Assembly (NCBI GenBank): GCA_964635215.1
Contig: CAZWNJ010000003.1
Location: forward strand, 44,015 to 108,014
DNA from: an uncultured Candidatus Peribacteria bacterium
GTDB taxonomy: Bacteria > Patescibacteriota > Gracilibacteria > Peribacterales > Peribacteraceae
Direction: 5' to 3'
Length of the DNA stretch: 64,000 nt
Each line of letters begins with the position of its first letter. Position 1 is the first letter of the stretch. The notes beneath the pieces are model-generated. The model was not told the origin of the DNA. It made no database searches and saw nothing but the letters and a program-made list of their open reading frames with translations. Positions 49,403-61,093 of this stretch are shown here, piece after piece. The position numbers and the translations under genes are program-made.

Positions 49403-52397
49403 ACGAGGGCAATATTTCGCCGTCCAAAGGGGTAAAGTCGAGGGCCATGATCTTGGCCCAGACTTTCTCGATGACGGATTCCAAGGCGGTGACATCGGCC
49501 GTAGGAATCTCAAATGTAACCGATGATGGCTCCACATCACGCTCGCCAATGAACTCGAGCGAGAACTCCATCGGTTCGTACCCGAGCGTCTCGATGGCAC
49601 GTTCGATGAGGAGTTTGTAGAAGACGAGTTGGCGATAAAGATTTCCCGACTCTTCCTCGCGGATCTCACGTTCTGATTTCGGTGAGCCGGTCTTGTAATC
49701 GATGACACGGACTTTGGCTCCGTCGATGTGATAGAGATCAAGTCGATCGATAAGACCCTTCAAACGGATATCGCCGAGACGAGCCGTCAGGCGCTTCTCC
49801 GTTGCCCAGATGATTGGCGCCGTCTGCAGGCGAGCGGCGAAATACCGCGGCAAGGCCTTCTCGCCCAGATGTACAAGGCGCCGGCGCTCAGTCTCGGTCA
49901 GAATCTCGCGCTCGGTCATCGCGGTTTTAAAGCCTTCCAGCAAGGCTTCTTCCGACGAGACGCCCGTATCCTTCGCAACACGTGCCCACTCGCGTAAACC
50001 TTCATGCACAGCCGTACCGTAGGAAAGCGTCGCGCTCTTGGCTTGCGGCAAGCCGAGTAGATCTTGAGCCAAAAAGATCTGAGGGTCTTCGAGGAAGTGG
50101 TTGAGGGCAGTCACAGACAGCTCAAACTTCTCCAGCTTCGACCGGAGGAAAGATGCCAGTGCGCCATCGATCTTGGTCTGCGGCAGCGTCAGCACATTCG
50201 CCCGAATAGGTTCGCGCAGAGGAGTCAGCTCTTCGATCAACGGGCCCCCTTCAATGGCAAAGGCCGAGGGGCTGCAATCCTGCTCACGCTCGCCGCGCAC
50301 CATGCGCTCCGGACAGGAGAGGATGAGTTCGCGCCGAGCCCTAGTCCAAGCCACGTATGCGAGCCGGCGCTCGTCCTCCAGTCCTTCGGCCAATGAGCCC
50401 CCGAACAGGAGTTCTTCGGGGAGGGCCAGACCCGGCATCGGGCGACGATGGTCCCAGTGCTTCTCGCGGAAGTTCATGACAATGACAGTGTCGAATTCCA
50501 ACCCCTTGCTGCCGTGGGCCGTCATGAGCTGGATGCCGTCATCGACAAGATGCGGGACGTCGTACTGGAGCTTCAAACCGTACTGCTGACGGTATTCCAG
50601 ATCGACGAGGAGTTCGCCGAGGCTGAAACGTGGATCTTCGTAGCCGCGGCTCTTGATGTGATCGAAGAATTCCGTCAACGCCATGAGATCGAGCGGATCG
50701 GTTGCGTTGGGGTCCGACGGGATGAGTCCTGACTCTTTCATCAATCGCTCAGCCAATTCGGGGAGGGTGAGAGTGTCGGTCTTGCCCTTCAAATCCAAGA
50801 GAAGATCCCGAGCCTGAAGAAGTCGTTCTAGAGCATGGAACGTCTGAGCCTCGGGCCGGTGTTCGATATCGGCGAGTACGTCGACGATGCGTAAGCTCAT
50901 GCCGTCACTACTGCGCTTGGCCTGACTCATCTCCCGCTGCAGTGTCCAGAGTCGAGCCAAGTCAGCCGGATGGCAGCCGAAGCACGCGGCAGAGAGGGCG
51001 GAAGCCAGATTGTGATCGGCGCGGAGATCGTCGACTGCGCGAAGCAAGGCGATCGTCTGCAGGACTTTCGTATGATGGAGCAGATTCAGCTTGCCCGTGA
51101 TTTGAGCAGGGATGCCGCGGCCGCGTAGTACCTCGTAGAGAGTAAAAAGCTCGCCATTCTTGCGTGTGAACACCGCAATTTCGCTCGCCTTCTGGCCGCT
51201 TCGCAGGCGCTCCTCGATCCACTCGGCGATGTTGAAGGGTTCAACCGCATCGGAAACCGGACGGAGCAGACGCGGAGCGGGACCCTCACCTTCCGAAAGT
51301 CCGCTCTGCAAATCCTTGTGAACACCCGGGATGCGGCCGACAAGACGCTCGCTATTCTCGGCAATAAGGCGGGTGGCGGTATCGAGGATCGTCTGGGTGG
51401 AGCGAAAGCTCGTCTGCAGGACGACAATGGGACAGGCCGGAAAGCGCTCGCGGAATTGGAGCATGCCGGAGATATTGGCACCCTGAAAACGGTAGATCGC
51501 CTGATCGTCATCGCCGACAACGCAGAGGTTCGGCTCGCCGGCTGCTTCCGGCGTCGTGGTGAGCGCCCGAATGAGGGCGTTCTGAGCGCCGTTCGTGTCC
51601 TGGTACTCGTCGACGATCACATACTGGTACCGCTCTTGGAGCCCTGCTAAAAGCCAATCTTCTGTCTTCAGGGCATCGGTCGCCACGGCGATCATATCAT
51701 CATAGTCGAAGAGGCCTTCCTCGTGCAGTTTCTCCTCGTACTCCGCATACAACTGAGCGAATTCACGGCACTGTTGAGCCATTTTCTCATTGCGAGCCTG
51801 CACCTTCGTCCCAGGTTTGCTCTTGGTTGCCATTTCCACGGCGTAGAGTTCGGCAACCTCACGGACTCGGGCGACCGTCACGCCTTCACGTTTGCACTGG
51901 CTGATACGCGTCAGGATATCGGCGGTGCGGGCATACGGGTCCTTCGGATTCACCATCACGGCCGAGGCTGGCAAATGGTCGATCAGCCCGTTCAGAAGGC
52001 GAAAACGCCGCACATCCGTCGCTTGCTCTTCCAAACGCCGTTCAGCGAAGAGCTCGGGGTGGCTGAGGATGATGTCGTTACAGAAACCGTGGATGGTCGT
52101 GACCGTCACGCCGTAGGCGTCGGGGCCAATCAGCCGACGCAGGCGCTCGCGCATGGCCGTAGCGCCACTCGTCGAGAACGTCAGACAGAGGATATTACTC
52201 GGCCGGGCCTGGGTCTTGCGCAGGATGTTGCCCACGCGCACACCCACCACCTCGGTTTTGCCCGTCCCGGGGCCAGCCAGGACCATGAGCGGCCCCTCGA
52301 TGGTATCCACGGCCTGACGCTGCGCGGCATTCAGCCGGTCGTACGACTTCTGGAAGGCGGCGAGGTGTTCAGCTCTCACGTCGGAAGTGTACAGCAC
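49401..52397 (-). CDS. UvrD/PcrA-type superfamily 1 helicase fused to a C-terminal PD-(D/E)XK (RecB-like) nuclease
   Basis: AGPGTGKTEV, VDEYQDTNGAQ, TAHGSKGLEF, VAWTRAR. C-terminal LIDRLD...VRVIDYKTG...YRQLVFYKLL. Confidence 0.85.
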   Translation of the reverse strand: MLYTSDVRAEHLAAFQKSYDRLNAAQRQAVDTIEGPLMVLAGPGTGKTEVVGVRVGNILRKTQARPSNILCLTFSTSGATAMRERLRRLIGPDAYGVTVTTIHGFCNDIILSHPELFAERRLEEQATDVRRFRLLNGLIDHLPASAVMVNPKDPYARTADILTRISQCKREGVTVARVREVAELYAVEMATKSKPGTKVQARNEKMAQQCREFAQLYAEYEEKLHEEGLFDYDDMIAVATDALKTEDWLLAGLQERYQYVIVDEYQDTNGAQNALIRALTTTPEAAGEPNLCVVGDDDQAIYRFQGANISGMLQFRERFPACPIVVLQTSFRSTQTILDTATRLIAENSERLVGRIPGVHKDLQSGLSEGEGPAPRLLRPVSDAVEPFNIAEWIEERLRSGQKASEIAVFTRKNGELFTLYEVLRGRGIPAQITGKLNLLHHTKVLQTIALLRAVDDLRADHNLASALSAACFGCHPADLARLWTLQREMSQAKRSSDGMSLRIVDVLADIEHRPEAQTFHALERLLQARDLLLDLKGKTDTLTLPELAERLMKESGLIPSDPNATDPLDLMALTEFFDHIKSRGYEDPRFSLGELLVDLEYRQQYGLKLQYDVPHLVDDGIQLMTAHGSKGLEFDTVIVMNFREKHWDHRRPMPGLALPEELLFGGSLAEGLEDERRLAYVAWTRARRELILSCPERMVRGEREQDCSPSAFAIEGGPLIEELTPLREPIRANVLTLPQTKIDGALASFLRSKLEKFELSVTALNHFLEDPQIFLAQDLLGLPQAKSATLSYGTAVHEGLREWARVAKDTGVSSEEALLEGFKTAMTEREILTETERRRLVHLGEKALPRYFAARLQTAPIIWATEKRLTARLGDIRLKGLIDRLDLYHIDGAKVRVIDYKTGSPKSEREIREEESGNLYRQLVFYKLLIERAIETLGYEPMEFSLEFIGERDVEPSSVTFEIPTADVTALESVIEKVWAKIMALDFTPLDGEILPS

Positions 52398-52423
52398 AAA
52401 AAAGGCGGCTACCCGGTAGCCGC
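52398..52423 (-). terminator. intrinsic terminator for the 52444..52776 gene
   Basis: The minus strand reads GCGGCTAC-CGG-GTAGCCGC followed by CTTTTTT. Confidence 0.7.
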
Positions 52424-52443
52424 GATTTTATTATTAGACCATC

Positions 52444-52776
52444 TCAGGTCTTCTTCTTGGACTGATACCCAGCGGTCCAAGACATTCGTCCAAGGTCACA
52501 CCGGAAGATCTGCAAGGCCCCCCGATCGAACACTCCCGGCACCGGCCGAGACAGGAGCAGCTTGCCGCTGTACCTTCCGCGCGGGTCACCTTCCCAGTGA
52601 CGAAGATCTTCGTCCAAGACCCGCACTTCGACATCGTGAAGTTCTACTTCCTGTCCGGGATTCGGGACGATGGCGTCGCCGTTCACCACGGTGATCACCC
52701 ACGTTTTCACATTCACGAAGATTGCGCAGAGGGCGAACTTCTCGCCGGGCACCATCGGCCGTCCATCGATGCTCAT
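52444..52776 (-). CDS. small hypothetical protein
   Basis: 110 aa. GGAGG lies 6 nt upstream and a TTGAGT-16-TAGAAT promoter further upstream. It has its own terminator. Confidence 0.55.
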   Translation of the reverse strand: MSIDGRPMVPGEKFALCAIFVNVKTWVITVVNGDAIVPNPGQEVELHDVEVRVLDEDLRHWEGDPRGRYSGKLLLSRPVPGVFDRGALQIFRCDLGRMSWTAGYQSKKKT

Positions 52777-52858
52777 GACTGTCCTCCTGGAACGCTGTAA
52801 GGAACGGACTTTAAAAACGCCAGGTTATTCTACCCCTGTCAAATTCCTACTCAAGGCG

Positions 52859-54349
<1,491 letters not shown>

Positions 54350-54437
54350 GCCCTATTGAGGTGGAAAAGGAGACTGCTGGACCGTCATAGAGTACTCACC
54401 GAAAGGAGTGGAGGAAAGGGCATCTGGCCCAAATTCT

Positions 54438-56198
54438 CTAGATTGCGGTACGGGCGAGCTTCGCCGCCTGGGTGACCTGAGTCTTGAGCTGCTCCACCTC
54501 GGCCAAGTGGCCACCCTTTGTGGCCTCACGAAGCCGTTTAGCAATGTCCGGCAACTTGGAGCTAAGGATCGTCTCCTGATTGGCCCGCTGGCAGTGGGCG
54601 CGGATCTCACGGGCGGCGGTGCTGTCGTTCCAGCCTGCGAAGCCTTTTTCTTCCCAGTAGAGCAAGAGAATTTTGAGACGTTCCAGATCGGCCGTTTCCA
54701 GGCCGAGAGCGTCCACGCTGACGTCGGCAGCGCCGGGCGCAGCGGCTTTCTCCTGGAGCTTGGTATAGAGCGCGGCACCCAAGCCCGCTTCCGGCGGGAT
54801 GAGCTCTTTGAGTTCGTGGAGAAACTGCGGATAGAGCACGAAGAGCAGCAGCGCCAATTCAGCCTTGGTACAAGCCGGGTGCGATTCGGCGGGCCCAACG
54901 TCCGCCGCGGGGCGGCGCTGCGCCGGACTCTGGTTGGCGGCGCGCAGATCCTGCTCAAGCGCGGTCTCGACGGTGCCGAGGACGGCCGCCGCACGGGCAA
55001 CGAGCCGCGAGCGTTCGACGGCCGACGAAACGGCTTGAATGAGCGGCAATAGTCGATGGAGCGCGGCGCGGCGGACGGTCGGATCGGCCAGATTGAGAGC
55101 GGCGATCTCCTGCAAGACCAAGTCGATGTAGGGCACGCCGCCGTCGCTTAAGATCTGGCGGAGGAGATCGGGCTGATCGAGCGCCAGGTCGGCGGGGTCT
55201 TTCTCGGGCAGAGTGACGGCCTGCACCTGCAGGTCGTGCGCGGCCAGAATGAGGAACGCTCGCTCGGCCGCGTCTTTTCCAGCACGATCAGAATCGAGGC
55301 AGAGCACCACCTGATCGACATGGCGCTTGAGGAAGCGCGCGTGCTCTTCGGTCAGGGCTGTGCCACAGCAAGCGACGGCGTTTTGGACACCGACGCGGCG
55401 GCAGGCGAACACATCGAAGTAGCCCTCCACGAGGACGACGCGTCGCGTCTGGCGGATGGCATCGCGGGCTTCAGGCAGGCCGAAGAGGACATCGGACTTG
55501 TGGTAGAGCGGCGTCTCGGAGGTATTGATGTACTTGGCCGGATCGTCGGCGCGCATCGCGCGGCCGCCAAAACCGATGAGACGACCCTGCTGGTCGCGGA
55601 TCGGGATCATGAGGCGCTCACGGAAGCGGTCGTACGGCCGCTGGTCGGCCAAGTCCTTCTGGGCGGCAAGACCGCAGCCGAGGATTTCGGTTTTGCTAAA
55701 TCCGTCCTTGAGCAGATGATCGTAGGTCGCGGTGAAGCCGGCCGGAGCCAGGCCGAGCTCGAGCGCGCGAATTTCCTCCGGTGTCATCCCGCGCTTGGCG
55801 AGATAGGCGGTTGTCTCGGGCGAGGCAGCGAGGTTCTTTACATAGAATGAGAGGGCGGCCTGCAAACAGTCGCGCATGCGCTCGCGCTCGTCTTTCTTCG
55901 GACCCTGGACCGGGCCCTGCTTGGGCAGTTCCACGCCCGTGCGCTCGGCCAGGTCGCGGATGGCCTGGGGAAAATCCACGCCCTCGATCAGCTGGTAGAA
56001 ACTGAAGATATCGCCGCCCTTCTGACAGGCGAAGCAGTAGGCAATCCCCTTGTCCGGCGAGATCAGGAAACTCGGCTTCTTATCGTTGTGGAAGGGGCAG
56101 AGCGCCTTGAAACTGCGGCCTTTCTTCTCGATCTTGCAGTACTGCGCAACGAGATCCTCGATTGGGAGCCGGGTCTTGATCTCGGAGACGGAATCCAT
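54438..56198 (-). CDS. dnaG: DNA primase DnaG
   Basis: CHC2 zinc finger (CPFHNDKKPSFLISPDKGIAYCFACQKGGD). TOPRIM (VVLVEGYFDV...DSDRAG). Confidence 0.93.
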   Translation of the reverse strand: MDSVSEIKTRLPIEDLVAQYCKIEKKGRSFKALCPFHNDKKPSFLISPDKGIAYCFACQKGGDIFSFYQLIEGVDFPQAIRDLAERTGVELPKQGPVQGPKKDERERMRDCLQAALSFYVKNLAASPETTAYLAKRGMTPEEIRALELGLAPAGFTATYDHLLKDGFSKTEILGCGLAAQKDLADQRPYDRFRERLMIPIRDQQGRLIGFGGRAMRADDPAKYINTSETPLYHKSDVLFGLPEARDAIRQTRRVVLVEGYFDVFACRRVGVQNAVACCGTALTEEHARFLKRHVDQVVLCLDSDRAGKDAAERAFLILAAHDLQVQAVTLPEKDPADLALDQPDLLRQILSDGGVPYIDLVLQEIAALNLADPTVRRAALHRLLPLIQAVSSAVERSRLVARAAAVLGTVETALEQDLRAANQSPAQRRPAADVGPAESHPACTKAELALLLFVLYPQFLHELKELIPPEAGLGAALYTKLQEKAAAPGAADVSVDALGLETADLERLKILLLYWEEKGFAGWNDSTAAREIRAHCQRANQETILSSKLPDIAKRLREATKGGHLAEVEQLKTQVTQAAKLARTAI

Positions 56199-56206
56199 GG
56201 GAGGTC

Positions 56207-56212
56207 AGTATA
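56207..56212 (-). promoter_or_regulatory. -10 box TATACT (minus strand), 8 nt before dnaG ATG 56198
   Basis: Motif spacing only. Confidence 0.45.
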
Positions 56213-56227
56213 GCATCCACACCACGC

Positions 56228-56566
56228 TTACGAAGCATCCACGCGCGACTCTTCTGGCCGCAGGCCTAGGAGCTCCAGTAACGCAGTACGGGCCACTCCT
56301 TGCTGTCGCATAGCCTCGTTACATGCGAACTCATTCGCCTTGATCGCAAACCAATTGAGCGGAATGCCTGCCTCGATCTGAACCCGCATAAACTCCAGCA
56401 ACGGTCGATCCACCTCCTCGACTGTCACATCGTCCGAGCCGCACGCGTTCACAAATACCTCCATCATCATTGTGTACGAGGGTCGGCCCGCGGCGCGCCA
56501 GACACTTTCAAACGCCCAGTGGAATTCATCCTCTCGCCGACACTGTGCTTCATAGGCCGTTTCCAT
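56228..56566 (-). CDS. small hypothetical protein
   Basis: 112-aa ORF between the methyltransferase gene and dnaG. No motif recognised. Confidence 0.45.
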   Translation of the reverse strand: METAYEAQCRREDEFHWAFESVWRAAGRPSYTMMMEVFVNACGSDDVTVEEVDRPLLEFMRVQIEAGIPLNWFAIKANEFACNEAMRQQGVARTALLELLGLRPEESRVDAS

Positions 56567-56572
56567 AGTGAT

Positions 56573-58000
56573 TTACGAGCGCTGGACGACCCAGCGCGAG
56601 AGGCGATTCAAGAGTCGCCCCTTACTGACGACGCCCGAGCCGAGCGGCACACCATCCCAGATGAGGATGACATCGCCCGCTATGCCCTCGGGTGCGTCGA
56701 GATCCTTACCGTCCAGCAACTGCTCAAGTTGAACATCGTCGACACGGACGACGTTCTTCGTCGCCTCGCCACCGCGCAGGCTCACCATCTCCTGGACGAT
56801 GCGGGCTCGATGTTCCTCGACACGCTTGGCCCACGGTAGACCGAGACTGTCGACCGGGCCGGGCATGGGAAAGTTCCAGACGGCCTCCGTTGTGAGTAGA
56901 AGCTGATTGCCACCCTCGAGCAGAAGCTCACCGGGGCGAAGGAAGCTTGAGCCGAAATCCTCCTCGAAGTCCCGGGCGAACTGTTCCTGTCGGCCCGTGG
57001 GCAGCGGCATGATGCGGAAGGGCACCGTCTCCATCGGCTCGACAGCGCGGGTCGTCGCGGTCTTCTCGAAGACCGCGCAGAAGAAGCCTTCGGTGTCGTA
57101 CGTCTGCGGCCAAAGACGGAGCAGCGGCAATTGGCCCGGACCCACGTTCCACTTTTGCTGCACGAGCTGACTATCGGCGATGGGCTGATCGAAGAGACCA
57201 GCCGGGCCGATCCCGAGCGTACGCGGATCGAGCACCGTCACCCGGCCCTCATAGCGCTGCAAGAGCCACGAGACGACACCCTCGTTTTCTTCGGGCGTCA
57301 GCGTGCACGTTGAATAGACAAGGCGGCCACCGACCTTGAGCGCATGCAGGGCTGACTCGAGTAGCTCCTGCTGGACGCGCGACATCTTGCCGACGCTCTC
57401 GTCGCCGCCGTACTTGAGCGCGTCGCTGTCTTTGCGGGCGGTGCCCTGGGCGGTGCACGGCGCGTCGCAGAGCACGCGGTCGAAACGCTCGGTCATCTGT
57501 TTGGCGTACCACTGGCCGACTTTCTTCATGACGATGGCGTGACTGACGCCGCTGCGCTGCAGCGCGCTCTTCAGCGTCCACAGACGCTTTTCCTGGACGT
57601 CGTTGGCGACGAGCACTCCCCTCCCCTGCATGGCCGACGCAATCTGCGTGGTCTTGCTGCCCGGCGCCGCGCAGAGATCGAGGATCGATTCGTCCGGACA
57701 CGCTTGCAGCATGGCAGCCGGCAACATGCTCGATGCTTCCTGCATGTAAAAGTGGCCAAGGAGGTGCAGCACGTCACGGCCGAGTGCTTTGCTGAAATCT
57801 TCGCGATCGATGAAGAATCCCTCCTCGCACCACGGCACCGGCGTCAGGTTCCACTTCTTTTTTTCCGCATACGCGCGAAACTTCGCCACGGAGGTTTTGA
57901 GTCCATTGATACGCACGCACTTGCGCAGCGGCTTGTCGGTCGCGGCCTTCAGGAGGGCGACATCGGTGATGTCCGCGTAGCGGTCGAAGGGGTGGGTCAT
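56573..58000 (-). CDS. rsmF: 16S rRNA m5C methyltransferase, RsmF-like (NOL1/NOP2/Sun family)
   Basis: DLCAAPGSKTTQIA (SAM motif), VLCDAPCTAQGTARKD, YSTCT. The N-terminus resembles RsmF and has no NusB-like domain. Start uncertain; I chose MTHPFDRY. Confidence 0.75.
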   Translation of the reverse strand: MTHPFDRYADITDVALLKAATDKPLRKCVRINGLKTSVAKFRAYAEKKKWNLTPVPWCEEGFFIDREDFSKALGRDVLHLLGHFYMQEASSMLPAAMLQACPDESILDLCAAPGSKTTQIASAMQGRGVLVANDVQEKRLWTLKSALQRSGVSHAIVMKKVGQWYAKQMTERFDRVLCDAPCTAQGTARKDSDALKYGGDESVGKMSRVQQELLESALHALKVGGRLVYSTCTLTPEENEGVVSWLLQRYEGRVTVLDPRTLGIGPAGLFDQPIADSQLVQQKWNVGPGQLPLLRLWPQTYDTEGFFCAVFEKTATTRAVEPMETVPFRIMPLPTGRQEQFARDFEEDFGSSFLRPGELLLEGGNQLLLTTEAVWNFPMPGPVDSLGLPWAKRVEEHRARIVQEMVSLRGGEATKNVVRVDDVQLEQLLDGKDLDAPEGIAGDVILIWDGVPLGSGVVSKGRLLNRLSRWVVQRS

Positions 58001-58170
58001 GACGAGGGCCAGAGCATACAGCATCCGGCCGCTTGGAACACAGTTTATCGCTTCGGAATGCGACGTATCCGTATTGTCAGGGAAACTGTACAAATCGGTG
58101 ATTTGCCGTATACTCAACCAAAGCTCGGCGCGAGCCGAGCCCTCCTCCTGCCGCTCACGCGGTTCTCTCT

Positions 58171-58605
58171 ATGTCTGATGTTTTGCACCAAGCCCTAACC
58201 GGATTGGAGCACACTCTCGCCGCTCATGGCATCCATGACGCAGTGACTCAGTCCGTGCGCGACGTAGCGACGGAAGCAACTACCGATCCGTCATCCGAAC
58301 AGCCTGGGAATAGAAACCAACTTCACGAACTGCGCCAGCGCCTGAAGCGTGACGTGATTCTCGAAGTCCGCTCGCTCTTCGTCCAATATCCAGAACTGGG
58401 TCCGACCTGTGAACGACTCGCCGCCATGCCACTCACGAAGGCGGTATTCGATACGAAGTGCGACCTGCTCTACCGCCTGGCCGAACTCCACCCAGAAATC
58501 CGGAGCATCTTCCATCACTACGGCGACCTACGCGACGCCGTGAAGCGCGGATTCTACTCCGTCAGTCCGGCAGAAACGGATTGGAACGGGTTTCAGCAGT
58601 CCTGA
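58171..58605 (+). CDS. hypothetical protein
   Basis: 144-aa ORF with a TATACT box at 58109-58114. No motif recognised. Confidence 0.45.
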   Translation: MSDVLHQALTGLEHTLAAHGIHDAVTQSVRDVATEATTDPSSEQPGNRNQLHELRQRLKRDVILEVRSLFVQYPELGPTCERLAAMPLTKAVFDTKCDLLYRLAELHPEIRSIFHHYGDLRDAVKRGFYSVSPAETDWNGFQQS

Positions 58606-58607
58606 GA

Positions 58608-61016
58608 TCAAATCACGAAGCTCACCAGCCTGCCTTTCACGTAGATCTGCTTCTTGATTGCCTGCCCTTCGAGGAACTTCGCAACATTCGGTTCGGCCTT
58701 GGCGGCGGCGAAGATGACATCCTCAGCGGCGTCGGCCGACACTTCGACCTGACCGCGGAGCTTGCCGTTCACCTGGACCGCGATGGAGAGCGTGTCGGTG
58801 ACGAGGAGCGACGGATCGAACGTCGGCCACGACTGCTCCACGATGAAGCCTTTGCCACCAAGGTGCTCCCAGAGTTCGTCGGCCAGGTGCGGCGCGAGCG
58901 GTCCGAGCAGAAGCGAGACCGTCTTGGCTGTATCGGCGCTCACGGCCGGCTGCGACTCGAGGAAATTGAGGAGCTCCATGAGAGCGGAGATGGCGGTGTT
59001 GAAGCGCAGTCCATCCAGGCTCTCGGTCACAGACTTGATCGTCTTGTGGAGCGCCGCCCGCACCGCCGGCTCGTCGACGTGTTTCTTTTGGACGACGTCG
59101 CTCGAGAGCAGTTTCCAGACGCGCTGCACGAAGCGGTCGACGCCCTTGATGCCGCTATCGCTCCAGTCGCCGCCGTCCGTGAACGGTCCCATGAACATCA
59201 AGTACATGCGGAAGACGTCGGCGCCATGGCGCTCGACGAAGACGTCGGGGCTGACGACATTGCCCTTGCTCTTACTCATCTTGGCGCCCTGGTGCGTGAT
59301 GAGACCCTGGTGCACCAGCTTCTGGAACGGCTCGCTGTGCGAAACGACGCCGAAGTCCTTGAGCGCCATCATCACGAAACGCGCGTAGATGAGGTGCATG
59401 CAGGCATGTTCCGGACCGCCGATGTACATCGAAACCGGGAGCCACGTCCTCTCAAGCTTCGGATCAACGAAATGCTTGGGATCGCCCTCCATCAGATAGC
59501 GCAGGTAGTAGAAGCTTGAGCAGACGAAGGTATCCATCGTGTCGTACTCGGGTGTCCAGCCTTTGTCGAAGAGCGTCTCGGTGCGCTCCTTGAATTCTTT
59601 GGAGAGCTTGAGCGGCGATTCGCCGTTCGGCTTGAATTCCACGTCGGTCGGCAGCAGCCACGGCAGGTGCTTCTCGGGCACGGGGTGGGCTTTGCCGGCG
59701 GGATCGTAGACGATCGGAATCGGCGCACCCCAGTAGCGCTGGCGCGAGATGAGCCAGTCGCGCAGACGGTACGTCGTCAATCCGCGGCCGCAGGCCTTGT
59801 CCTCCAGCCAGGCGATCATCTTCTGTTTGGCGAGTTCCGAATCGATGCCGTTGAGGAATCCCGATTCCACCATCGTGCCGCCGCCGGTCCAGGCCCCTTC
59901 CACACCCTCCGCCTCGGGTGATCGGATGACGGTTTTACGCGGCAGGTGGTGTGCAACGGCGAAATCGAAGTCGCGCTCGTCGTGGGCCGGCACGGCCATG
60001 ACGGCGCCGGTGCCATAGGTGACGAGGGCGTAGTCGGCGATCCAGACCGGGATCTTCTCCTGCGTCGCCGGATTGATCACGAAGGCACCGGTCGGGACGC
60101 CGGTCTTCGTCTTGTCGGTCTCGCGCTGCAGCTGGGTCTTCTTGCGAACTTCCTCTCGGTAATGAGCCACCTTAGCGACGTGGTCCTTCGTGGTAATGAT
60201 GTCGACGAGCTCGTGCTCGGGCGCAAGGACGACGTACGTGACGCCAAAGAGGGTATCAGGACGGGTCGTGAAGACCTTCACAGTCTGATCGTGACCCACG
60301 AGCTTGAACTCGATCTCGGCGCCCTGGCTCTTGCCGATCCAATTGCGCTGCATGAGCTTCGTCTTCTCTGGCCAGTCGACAGTCTCGAGACCGTCGAGGA
60401 GCTTTTGGTTGTAGTCGGTGATCTTCCAGAACCACTGCTCCAGGTTCTTCTGGATGACCTCGGTGCCGCAGCGTTCGCACTTGCCATCCTGGACCTGCTC
60501 ATTGGCGAGCACGGTTTGGTCCTTGGGGCACCAGTTCACGTTGGCCGTCTTCTTGTAGCTCAGTCCGTGTTCGTACATCTTCAGGAAGAGCCACTGTGTC
60601 CAGCGGTAGTACTCGGGTGACGAGGTATTCACCATCCGCTTCCAGTCGTACATGGTGCCGATTCGTGAGAGCTGCTCGATCATTGTCTCCACGTTCTTCT
60701 GAATGGACTGCTGTGGGGGCACGCCCGTCTTGATGGCGTAGTTTTCGGCAGGCAGGCCAAAAGCGTCGAAGCCCATCGGCTCAAAGACGTCATACCCCTT
60801 CATGCGCATAAAGCGGGCGGACGTATCGGCCGGAGCAAAGTTATACCAATGCCCGACGTGGAGCTTGTCACCGCTCGGATACGGGAACATCGCCAGCGCG
60901 TAGTACGGGCGCTTCGCCTTCTTTAGATCGGCTGTATGAAGGTCGGCGTCATTCCACTTCTGGCGCCACTTCTTCTCAACGGTTGCGGGATCGTAGGCGT
61001 ACTGCATCCCGGGCAT
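58608..61016 (-). CDS. leuS: leucyl-tRNA synthetase
   Basis: PYPSGDKLHVGHWYNF (HIGH-type motif), KMSKSKGN, CP1 editing domain, 802 aa. Confidence 0.95.
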   Translation of the reverse strand: MPGMQYAYDPATVEKKWRQKWNDADLHTADLKKAKRPYYALAMFPYPSGDKLHVGHWYNFAPADTSARFMRMKGYDVFEPMGFDAFGLPAENYAIKTGVPPQQSIQKNVETMIEQLSRIGTMYDWKRMVNTSSPEYYRWTQWLFLKMYEHGLSYKKTANVNWCPKDQTVLANEQVQDGKCERCGTEVIQKNLEQWFWKITDYNQKLLDGLETVDWPEKTKLMQRNWIGKSQGAEIEFKLVGHDQTVKVFTTRPDTLFGVTYVVLAPEHELVDIITTKDHVAKVAHYREEVRKKTQLQRETDKTKTGVPTGAFVINPATQEKIPVWIADYALVTYGTGAVMAVPAHDERDFDFAVAHHLPRKTVIRSPEAEGVEGAWTGGGTMVESGFLNGIDSELAKQKMIAWLEDKACGRGLTTYRLRDWLISRQRYWGAPIPIVYDPAGKAHPVPEKHLPWLLPTDVEFKPNGESPLKLSKEFKERTETLFDKGWTPEYDTMDTFVCSSFYYLRYLMEGDPKHFVDPKLERTWLPVSMYIGGPEHACMHLIYARFVMMALKDFGVVSHSEPFQKLVHQGLITHQGAKMSKSKGNVVSPDVFVERHGADVFRMYLMFMGPFTDGGDWSDSGIKGVDRFVQRVWKLLSSDVVQKKHVDEPAVRAALHKTIKSVTESLDGLRFNTAISALMELLNFLESQPAVSADTAKTVSLLLGPLAPHLADELWEHLGGKGFIVEQSWPTFDPSLLVTDTLSIAVQVNGKLRGQVEVSADAAEDVIFAAAKAEPNVAKFLEGQAIKKQIYVKGRLVSFVI

Positions 61017-61093
61017 CCTACTGCGAATACAGGTTGTTTCCCAGTTCTCCCGTGAATTGACGTTCGTGTTGATCTGTATTTTAATTAGCGTAC

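Noticed and set aside
56573-58117. Long N-terminal extension of the RsmF-like gene from TTG 58117
   Set aside because: The extension has no similarity to the RsmF N-terminus, whereas MTHPFDRY... aligns by eye with the start of E. coli RsmF. A TTG start without promoter or SD context is less likely.
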